Assembly: GCA_013239625.1 (NCBI GenBank)
Contig: MU054220.1
Coordinates: 5,812,626-5,876,625, forward strand
Direction: 5' to 3'
From: Lama guanicoe
Taxonomy: Eukaryota
DNA length: 64,000 bases
The notes beneath the pieces are model-generated. The model was not told the DNA's origin. It saw only the letters and a program-made list of their open reading frames with translations, and ran no database searches. Both the position numbers and the translations under genes were made by a program. Shown here in pieces: positions 54,001 through 64,000 of this stretch. Position 1 is the first letter of the stretch, and the number at the start of each line of letters is the position of its first letter.

Positions 54001-54919
54001 CACAGTCCGACTCTCTCACTTAAAATAACCGAAAATGTCAAAGGAATTCGCTATTTATCCTCTAGGTGAAAAGCTGTTTATAGGCCAGGATGATTTCTTA
54101 TTTACTTTTGTATTCTCTATACCCATTCCATTTCAGGTTCCTAGTAAACATGTCAGTTTTATATGCTGTATTAAATTACCCAAGATATTTATTTCTTCTT
54201 TCTTGCTCTCGCGCATACACACATGTGCACATGCACACACGTACACACACTTATATGGATTATGGTCTATGATTTAGTTCCAGTCAGCATAATGCCAAGA
54301 TTCCACACTTGCCAAAATGTGGCTTAGCTGGAGAGAGCAGCCATCTATTTTTTTAACTCACTACGTTAAAAAATTTGTACCGTAGAGAGAGCAAGGAATT
54401 CTTCACTGTAGGATGGAACAGAAATTCCAAGGATATAGAATTGCACATAAGGTTGTCTATGAAGTTTTGGTAATGGCTATGCTGAAATGATAACTTCGAT
54501 AGCTACCAGGACAGTAGTTGAGGAATTTCACACCCCAAGTGAAAGTAAAAGGGGAAAAGAATCTAAGGAGATTTCTGAAGGAGTGGGAAATGTTTCAAAC
54601 TTTCTTTCAAACTTTGGAGATATTTGGAGAGTTTGATTGATCGACAGTGAACAATATAACGATCAGTACTTCTATAAGGAGATTTCCAATTTGCAGAGCA
54701 CCCTCACAAATGTTATGTCATTTATTTCTCACAACATTACAATGTGATGGTTCCATCAGATAGTAGCTTCTTCCATTTGTAGATAAGAAAATTGAGACAA
54801 CAAGGATTCATCAGGAGCATTTAGGTGGCTGAATTACTTTTCTTGCATTTAAGTAGCTTTGCCACTTTTTAAAATGGTCAGGAAAGACCACCTTTGAGAT
54901 GAGACCCTGTGATGTGTTA

Positions 54920-56772
54920 CAAGCAACACACTGAGCCCTGCCGTTGAAATGAATCTGTATGGGCTACTAGCCGACTTCAAGCAACTCCACTCTGCTTCTG
55001 AACTATATTTTTATCTTGGCAAAGAACACAGAATTTTCAGTCTGCTTTGGCAGTTCTCAGATCCATAATAGCCCAATCCAATTAAAGGTCTATTCACTTC
55101 CACCATTACCATTACACTAGGTTGCTCTGCAGTGATAAAAGTAGGTTGAACAAAGCAAATCCCATCTGAAAATGAACGATTCTGCCTATTTATTGACATC
55201 ATCCTTGTCTGTTGTGGACTCACTTGGTATTCATTTCCTGGGGCTTTCAGGAGTGTCTGTTTGCTAAGTGAATGAAAGAAAAATTGAAAGCATCAATGTT
55301 TACCTGACCTAAGACTTCCATGACAAAAAAAGCTAAGACCAAAGAGCAAATTAATGCATACATTGGTCACAAACTATAGAGGCAAATGTTTGGAATGTCT
55401 TAAAATTTTAATGCATATTTTATACCCCACTGGGAACATTTAAAAGCTTTGACCTTAGCCTATAACAATTTGGGAAAAAGGAAGGGGGAATGAAGTCTGA
55501 ACTACACATCGAACAAACTGAATTTGTGTCCAATAATGTGAAATGTTTATTTAAACCAGCCCAGCAGAATGTGACAATCTATAGACTAGAGATAGGGGAT
55601 GTGAGTTCCAGAGGTTGTCAGTAGTTACCAGCGTGCTCATCCTAAATCATTTAAACTCTACGGTTTTGAGATAGAAAACCAAAGCAGAAGGACTGTTCTG
55701 CAGTCAGAAAAACCTAGGATAGGATTCTAAAATCTATGAGGAAGCCCTCACCTACTAAGTGTAGCTAAATCATCCAGAACCCAAAACATGGATACTATGT
55801 TACCTCTGACCTAAAATTTAAACCACAAAATTTATTATTAGCCCTTTCTCCTGAGACTACCCAGACTAAGACATTTCCTAATTGAGAGAGAAGCATAAAT
55901 CTCATTTATCATAGAGATTTGGGCAACATATGAAACCTGGGCTATCAGGGAGGCCAAGAGAAGTGCAGATAACAAGGTCCAAAAATCCTTCCTCATGTCA
56001 AAGTGCTAGTAGCCTCAGTACATTCTCTTGTTCTTAATGTTAACTCACACCCTGGAGACAAATGAAGAAGAAGTAGGGCGGTCTGCATGTAATAAGGATT
56101 ATTGAAACTTTACAAAAATGTTTGACAATGTGCCAGGCATATAAAAACATCAAATACACTTTAGATGTTATTATATTATTATTATTGTCATCGCTATTGT
56201 CATGATCCTCAGTATCATCTGGCAAAATCATCTTAAAGGCTATCAGGTAGTCCCTGAGTTAGCAGCTCTGATCGTAGTCTGTATTCCCCAATGCCCCAGT
56301 ATGAACTTTGAATCTGTAAGGACATAAATCAAAGGCACAATGTCTTTAATTGGATATTCCAGTGCAAATGATTCCTTCACACAAAACGTGCACCTCCCCC
56401 ATGCAGAATATCTAGCAAAACATTCAGATATCTACCCATCCCCATTCCTGTAATTGATACCCAGTCTTTAGATGGAGCACAGACGAATGCCACAGAACAG
56501 GTTAAACTAACTGTTTTCAAACAATTCACTCAAAAAGAAAAGTGAGACTTAGTTATTCAAACTGAACTAGATACCCTATGACCACCAATCAGCTTGAAGT
56601 CTACACTGGAAGCACTGTCAGCCTGTGTCTTCCAACTCACATAGATCCCAGTGTGGGAAAGGGAAACAATGGTATAAAACACTTTCTTTCCAGGGGCACC
56701 GTGTACACCCTGAGAATGCAAGCAACACACTGAGCCCTGCCGTTGAAAATGAATCTGTATGGGCTACTAGCC
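54920..56772 (+). repeat. Dispersed 53/54-bp direct repeat (54920-54972 and 56719-56772)
   Basis: caagcaacacactgagccctgccgttgaaa(a)tgaatctgtatgggctactagcc, identical except for one extra A. Confidence 0.97.
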
Positions 56773-57476
56773 CATACAGATTCATTTTGTGTGGAAGTCA
56801 GACACTAACTTGCCTCTTCCTGAGAACATGGTGACTGCACTTCAGGGATCATAAAGCCTTCAAATATTTAAGGAAACAGTACTAGAAGGTCAAGTAGCCC
56901 TCAGATGACTGACTGCAGAGATCTTATTAAAGTAAGACCACCCTTATTTATTAAGGGAGCTTCTTGGAAAGAAAACCAGCTTTTCATTTTTGTGTACCCT
57001 GCAGGTAGTTGTCTTCAAGGTAGGGACCATCCCATCAAAATTTATTCCTGAAATGCCTTCAGGTCAGACTCCACCCACTGGCCAGGGTTGTTATGGATGA
57101 TCAAGTTATTCTAGACTTCCTCCTTACAAGCCAATGTAATGCAATCACTAAGACATTCTTCTCTACCTGAATTAATGCCAGGTGCCAAATGGAAAAGTCA
57201 ATAGAGACTTTTAAATAGAGACCTGAATTTCTAAGTTAGATCCTGATAATGTGGGGATTTGCTCAACTTGTTGGGTCCAGGATCCTGAGGACGACGGTTG
57301 TGGTCAACATTGTTGGTTGACCTCATCCTGCTGCTTGACGTCTTGTTACTAGAATCCTTTACTCAATGCTATAAGAAACAAATGTGAACTAATTTATTTC
57401 CTGACTAGTTTGTCTGATTAATGATGGATTACCATACTCATGGGAACATTTTCTGGAAACCAAGACAATGTAGGAA
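56560..57476 (+). mobile_element. ERV1-class internal 3' region with decayed env
   Basis: SU-like CTP...YRFILCG...CL (~56703-56820). TM immunosuppressive-domain-like LARVVMDDQVILDFLLTSQ..AITKTFFST*INA from 57078. Directly followed by an LTR. The left boundary is uncertain. Confidence 0.75.
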
Positions 57477-57927
57477 TGAGAGGAAACTCTCCATGTGTCC
57501 TTCATATCTCTGCATGTTAGTAGAGCAAAAGTCTTGGAAGACAGTGATAATGGCTCCCTCTAGACAGAAGTACAGACTTGTTTGCTGTACTGTAAAATAA
57601 AGATGGTGTCTCCATCCTGGGCAAAGATAAAGTAACCTTATTACCTATCATCAAAGATTTAGATTCTCTAAACTGAGATTCCTCTCTCGTTAACACACAC
57701 TGCACATATAGATGTCTAGCTTTTCTGTGCTATTCTGCGGAACGTGGGGCTCTGAGAACCAGCACAAATGCTGATGCTCTAGACATTGCTGTGGCTGTAA
57801 GTAATACAGTTTTTCTCTCTGATCCAGGAGGCTCATGTCTTTTGCCACCCCCCATGCAATTGTAGCAAGCTGACTTTTTCATTTGTAAGCAAGATAAAGT
57901 CTCAAACTCTGTCCAGGGTTCTTTACA
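57477..57927 (+). mobile_element. ERV1-class 3' LTR (MER90-like)
   Basis: TG...CA termini. 3' part 'gctgtaagtaatacag...tctctgatccaggaggctcatgtcttttgcca...ttctttaca'. Lies immediately downstream of the env remnant. Confidence 0.7.
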
Positions 57928-58279
57928 GAGGGTGGCCAGGGTCTTGGAATTATGGTAACAATTGTTCTTATTTTCTTATTTTATCTGCACTTTATTGCAC
58001 TGTATGATTGCTAACATATTTATAGTGATATTTAACAGTTGTTCTTAAAAGATTCACTCTCTAATGTGGTGGCTGACTCACCCTGAGATCACTAAGTACC
58101 TCTTTTCCTTCTCATTGGAAAAGTAGTTGCATTAACAAATGTGACTATTTTTTACTAGTCTTAAATTAGATCAAGATCATGTGCCACTTACTAGGGGCAG
58201 ATTCATAAGAAAGCATGTAATGTCTATAAATAATCTACCAAAATTTTTTTGTTTACAAAACATGTTTACTTGTAAGGAT

Positions 58280-58620
58280 GGAGTAGGTTTAGGCTGAGGC
58301 AACACATAATCCTCAAAATTTTTGTGGCGTAACACTTAGTTTATTCCTCATTTGCACAAATTCTGCTGGCAATGCCCCAGGAAGAACCCTTATTAACTTA
58401 GTGATGGCAGTGAGCTTAGCCATTCAGGTTGCTGGCTCTCCATTTCTGCCCCGACACCTGCCTCAGGAGGGGAGAAGATGTTGGACTATTGCATGCAGGC
58501 TTTTCACTGCCTCAACACGAAAGCGACACATGCTAAATCCACTCACAGTTCATTGGCCAGAATGGGTCATATGACCCCAGCCAGACTGAAAGGAAACCGA
58601 AGAGTGTAATCTTTCATATG
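58280..58620 (-). mobile_element. Old MaLR MLT1-type LTR remnant
   Basis: 'ttaggctgaggcaaca...gtggcgtaacac...cactcacagttcattggccagaatgggtcatatgaccc'. Confidence 0.6.
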
Positions 58621-58632
58621 TTTAAAAAACAT

Positions 58633-58766
58633 GGGGAAGGGTATAGCTCCAGTGGTAGAGTGCAGGCTTACCATGCACGATCCTGCGTTCAATCCCCAGT
58701 ACCTCCATTGAAATGAATCAGTAAATAAATAAACCTAATTACCTCCCACCCACCCCACCAAAAAAG
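58633..58766 (+). mobile_element. tRNA-derived SINE (camelid Vic-1-like)
   Basis: GGGGAAGGGTATAGCTCCAGTGGTAGAG...GTTCAATCCCCAGTACCTCC...AATAAACCTAATTACCTCCC. Short TSD aaacat at 58627-58632 and 58767-58772. Confidence 0.9.
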
Positions 58767-61639
58767 AAACATAGTCCTGTCTAATCATCTATTAAAAAAA
58801 TAGAAAAAAATTACCTTTGGATCCTATTAGAAAAAACTTATGATTGAGTCAATATTGATTGCCAGTGTCTGCACAGGGAAAATAAACAAACATGGACAAA
58901 AAGCACCTTCCGCATATCTAGAATGGTCACCGCGTTGTCCCTGAAGCTGCAAGCATTGTGTAAAACTCTTCTTACGTCTCTCTATGAGATAACATAACAA
59001 ATAATGCCAATTCTCAGCCTTGGAAGTATTTGAATAAATATTTCAGAGATGATTTGAAGTATATTTCATATATATTATCTCATTTAATTCTCAAAAAAAC
59101 CCTACAAGTAAAGGTTTTTTTTTTTTTAATTTTAAAAATAAGGAAAGGTAGTTAAGGAGAAGTCAAGCGACTTGTCCATGGATTCAGTGGGTTGGGGAAG
59201 CCTGACAGTTTAACTCTTGGGTCCAGACTCTTTACCTCCTCTACCCTCTTCTTAACATCCACATATTGCTAAAGAATGCACTCGACAGGTATTACCAAGT
59301 GGTTAATATCTCTTAGAGTCCTACAAGTTAGTCTTATTGTTAGGAAAACTGAGCTGAAGTATGGTCTGTTTCCAAGTGTACAGACATCCAAGTTCAGCAA
59401 AACTAGAATATGAGAATAATTCTGAAAGTAAAGGAAGGGAATTGAAGGCTTTGTGGTCAATCTGGGCTAGTTTTTTGCTCCACTTGGCTTCATAAGATGC
59501 ATAATATGCATCATGAAGACAGATGAGACACTTTAGGGTCTTGGTTATCTGGCTGATATTTGCCGTACTTCCAGGGTACACAGGAACCCTATTCATATTT
59601 TAAAAGCATTCTTTCAGAACATAATTGGGTCAATTATGATTATATTTGGGGCAATAATCAGAAACTGGTGAACTGTATTGGCAATGATGTTTAAATTGTA
59701 CTAATATCAAAAATACATGACAATACGTTGGCCGTGTTAAACAATAATGATTTTTTTCATAGCACATAATATATGGTCAAAGCCATTTCATGTCTATTAT
59801 CTGACTTCGGATTTCAAACATCTGGTTAGTGAGGCAAAGTGTATATTGTTATCACCATAATTGAAATGGAGAAGTTGCAGCAGAAGTTAAATGGTTTCAT
59901 TTATTTTTGATACAAATTAACCGTATGCTCTTTAATCCAGGTTGGGTGACAAAGAGTGAAATAAGGTATTTCTTAGATGTCAAAGAATGTGCAGATCTCT
60001 ACAAGGTGGAACAGTGAATCAGTGATGGAACTAAACTGAATCAAACAAAATTTGATTAAGGTTCCATTAAGATAATATTTTGATGCTTAGGTTCTGACCT
60101 AGTTCAATGAAATATGAACACAAAGGGAAGTCATTTTTCAAACTGGTTTGGTTCATGGTTCAATTAATAGATAATATTTTAAGACAATTAAGTATATTCA
60201 TGATTTTTCATGATCATGAGCTTTAGATGCATGGTTTGGTTGTAAGCAAGTTGCTAATTAAATTGGAGTACTTTTGGAAGGAAACAGAAGGAAATAGAAC
60301 ACAGTTATTTTCTGAGAGGTTATATGCAAACCTCTATATCACTCCATCTTTACTGACTCTGTGAAACACCTGTCATGATTCCAATTTTACAGATAAGAAA
60401 ACTTAAAACATTATGTTGGTTAAGGATGATTCCCATAGTCACCGAATTAGAATGAGTGAAAATTAGAAATGTTCTCATCTGTTCATAGGTTTTATATGAC
60501 TCAGAAGCTCATGTGACTTTCTCAGGCAGTGTGTGCCATCCACGTGTATGATAGCATGGCCATTCTACATGGGCAACTATTTCTGATTAACTTTCTACTT
60601 GTTTTCACTTAATGAGAATATTTTCTGTACAAAACTTTATGTCATTTTTCATCTACCCAAATAAGACAGGAGTGAAGGTTTTGTCAAGGAACTTCTTTAA
60701 AAATATATAGTTTAGTTTGCGATTTTATTAGCACACTAAACTCTTTTCTGTGACAATGCTCACATCTGTACCCTCTGGTAAACTCTTCCCAATCACATCT
60801 GCTTACTGTCACACAAATACAGCTCAGATATTACAGAAGATGCCTGAAGTCCCTAGGGAAAATCAATTCAAATTCATGAAAAAGTGATTTAGAAGAAGAA
60901 AGGAGAACAGAATTCATAATTCTACATCTGGATTTGGGAGAATTACTGTTTAGATTCCGTGCTGACCCTGACTCAAGAGATTTGTCTTAATAAGGAAGCT
61001 TTTTTGTATCGCCACCATCCCTTCAAGCAAGGGGGTTACTGGATCTTTTTTTTTTTAATTGCAAACTAATAAAATCTTGAGGAATTCATCAGGCTTCTAG
61101 AGAGTCTGAATTCCACACGTGCAAACTGTCAGCTTTAAGTAAGTCATGCAAAACTCTATTTAAAATGACTCAGCCTTTCCCTGAATATGGGAAATGGGAA
61201 ATGTTACTCGGTAGTTAGAATAAAATGGTTTGAATGGCGAGGAATAGATTAAACTTGCTCAGTCACTGAGCAGAGATAATAAGAGATGATTTGAAAGTGG
61301 AAATAGTCATTTGTGATGGGTCTCGCTGTTAACACACTAGCGTGTGTGAAGGCATTAGCGAGCACGGGTGAAACCAATGAGCATTCCTGCATCTCTGTAA
61401 ATCAAGAGGTTTCTTCCTGCTAGAATTTCTCATACCTGGCCTGACTTCCATTCCCCAACCAAACCACAAGGGGCATGGGATAGACAGAAAACATCAATGA
61501 ATGCAAACCAGGAAACCCTGTGGAAAAGGTCCCCTGAAGAGATCTTAGCAGGCTGATTCCTAACTGACAACAAAGGTTCATGCAAGAGAATGCTAAGGAC
61601 ATGGGACTTTAAATATGTGCGGCTGAGAGGTTCACGCAC

Positions 61640-61870
61640 AGCTTGGGACTTATACAGAGCTGGGTTCCAAGCCTGCTTTTGTCCATTTCTGTCCTTTATA
61701 ATAGCCTGATTGGGCAAGTTACTTAATTTCTTTGAGTCTCAGTCTCCTCATTTGTAGATGAGTGATAATAATGGTGGTGTGTATCTCACCTGGGATCGAA
61801 TTAGGCCATAGATGCAAACGCACAGCACACTGCCTGGTCCGAGTAAGCCCTCTGTACATGTCATTTAAAA
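61640..61870 (+). mobile_element. MIR SINE (other MIR remnants near 9140, 13560, 22790, 28960, 54670, 59050, 60340 and 62450)
   Basis: Core 'ttgggcaagttacttaatttctttgagtctcagtctcctcatttgtagatg'. Confidence 0.8.
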
Positions 61871-62849
61871 TTCAAGACCAAAAAGAAATCTATCAAACTG
61901 TAATACTTTTTGGACTGATTGAAGTCAGAAGCAGTATGTTCGCAAGCATTCTAAATAGTTCATTAACCAGTATTTGCTGTATTCTTACTAGGCACGTAGT
62001 CCTGTCCTGCTGTAACTGAAGCCCTGAAATCCCCAGACACTGAGGATAAGACATACTTCTCTACAAAACATCTAATTTTTCCCCATTCTGTAAAAGTCAT
62101 CAGGTTTTCACACTTTGAGGCGTTTATATTTTACCACTTGCAGAATGTGGGGCTTCTCTGACAGCTTTCCTGCCTCAAGTCCCTCCCTCTGTTCTACTCT
62201 GGGGGAAAAAAGTCATTTTGTGATTGCTTTTCTTTCCAATTCTCATCTCTTTTAGACTGTCTTTTAGTGTAAACTGTTTCCTGTGACAGCTAAATTTCTT
62301 TGGCTATATGCACTCGTTAATTACTTTCCAAAGCATCTGTTGCTTGTCAGGCAAACATGTTCCACATGTTTGTGAGAATGGCTTTTCTTTCTAGAAAATT
62401 CAGTTAAGACATTCTGTAATACGAGGAATAAGGAAATGAAGCCCCTCCCATTTGTTAGGCACCTGTTATCTGTCGGGCACCCCTCTAATAATTTCCTCTA
62501 ATCCTGTTAGTAACCCTGTGAATCAGGTCACATGGCACCTATTTTACTCATCAGGAAGAGGAAGACTTGTAGAAGTCAAGTTATTTGCTACACAAATAAA
62601 ACCTGAATCCAAGTGTTTGTATTGCTCTAAAATTCTTGGGGGCAGTGTTTTCTGATTTGATATTTGGATTGTGGGAATCATATAATGGAGACATAGTACC
62701 TCCCTTTTTTAAAGCAATAACAGTAATAGCCATGAGCATACCTACTGTCAAAACTACCACCTAAAATTCACAATAATTTTAGTTTACAGAGCATCACTCT
62801 CAAGGAAAAAGTTCTGTATGCACTAAGTAGGCATAAAGGGCAAAATAAG

Positions 62850-63514
62850 TGTGGCAGACAATTTCATTGATCTCCAAGATTTCTGTCCCCTCCCCACTAT
62901 ATATCTGTATGATCCCCTCCCCTCGAAGGGTGGGCCTTGTGAGTATAATGGGTCTTCACACCTGTGATTATGTGACACGATACATCAGAAGAGATATTTC
63001 AGATGTAAGTATGGTCCTTAATCAGTGGACACTGAGGTAGTAAAAAGGAAGGTTATTCTGTGTGGGCCTGATCCAACCAGATAGGTTCTTAAAAGAAATC
63101 AGATCCAAAATGAGAGAGATTGCTCCTGCTTTCACTGAAGAAGAAAACAACCAGGTTGTGAACTGAGCTGGAAAGAGCCATGTGGCAAGGACACACGGCC
63201 AGCCTCTAGGTGCTGAGGACATTCCCTGGCCAAGAGCCAACAAGAAAATGGGCACTTTATTCCCATACTGGCAAGGAACTCAGTTTACCAATAGCCACTC
63301 ACCTTGGAAGAGGACCCTGAGCCTTAGATGAGATCACACCCCTGGCTGACACTCATCTCAGCCTGGTGAGACCCTGAGCAGAAGACCCAGTTAAACCATG
63401 CCCATGGACAAGGAAAAAAATACATATGTGACTACGTGTGTATGTGTGTGTGTGTGTTCTCTTAAGCTACTAAGTTCAAGATAATTTGTTTCACACTAAT
63501 AGAAAACTAATACA
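62850..63514 (+). mobile_element. MaLR solo LTR (MLT1E-like), full length
   Basis: TGTGG...TAATACA termini with MLT1 internal motifs. 5-bp flanks ataag/ttaag match 4/5. Confidence 0.88.
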
Positions 63515-63689
63515 TTAAGTCAACTGTCAAATGAGTGATAGACGGTAAGCAGTATGAGTTTAATAAAGTATAAATACATCAATTGTGGAGAGACGTGTTA
63601 ATATTGCTGCAGAAGAAGAATTCTCAACTCAGTGGGGCTAGATGCCCTATACCAAAATTTCCCATTCTACTCTCCTTTGTAATATGTCA

Positions 63690-64000
63690 TTTTCTTAGGT
63701 TGGTTTCCCCAGAAGCAGACCCTAAGACAAGGATTCACATGCACAAGATTCTTCATGAAAATGTTCCCCGGAAAAGCTGAGCAGTGAAAGGGAAGAAACC
63801 AAGCAGAGGGACAATTTCAGGCAAAACCCCAGCTATAGCTGACTATCACACTGGCAATCTAAAGTATAATTGCATCCTAAAGTTTACCTTTATTTGGGAC
63901 AAAAAATTGGGGCTTTCATATTTGGCAGCACTCAGTCGTTGCCTGTTATCCTCCTGCTGCTGGCATTGCCACCTCACTACAAGTACAAGCAAAATCAAAA
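63690..64000 (-). mobile_element. ERVL LTR remnant (LTR16-like)
   Basis: 'tcttaggttggtttccccagaagcagaccctaagacaaggattc' is the antisense LTR16-type terminus. Confidence 0.65.

Overview
This is a gene-poor, AT-rich mammalian window dominated by interspersed repeats. Two tRNA-derived SINEs resembling the camelid Vic-1 family suggest alpaca, llama or camel. I found no convincing host protein-coding exon, rRNA, true tRNA or CRISPR array. The ORFs that resemble real proteins are decayed transposon remnants: a Tigger2-type transposase, LINE-1 ORF2, ERVL pro-pol, an ERV env and L2. The most unusual signal is a heavily decayed Ty3/Gypsy (Sushi-like) pol fossil at ~49.3-51.0 kb. Its blocks read integrase, then RT C-terminus/RNase H, then RT N-terminus, all on the + strand, which reverses the canonical block order. 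Other notable items are a near-perfect 53/54-bp direct repeat that appears to be a templated insertion into an ERV env, an L1 whose poly(A) abuts the ORF2 stop with reciprocal CpG decay in its TSDs, and several candidate enhancers. Repeat family names are recalled from memory of consensus sequences, not from a database search. Boundaries of old elements are approximate.
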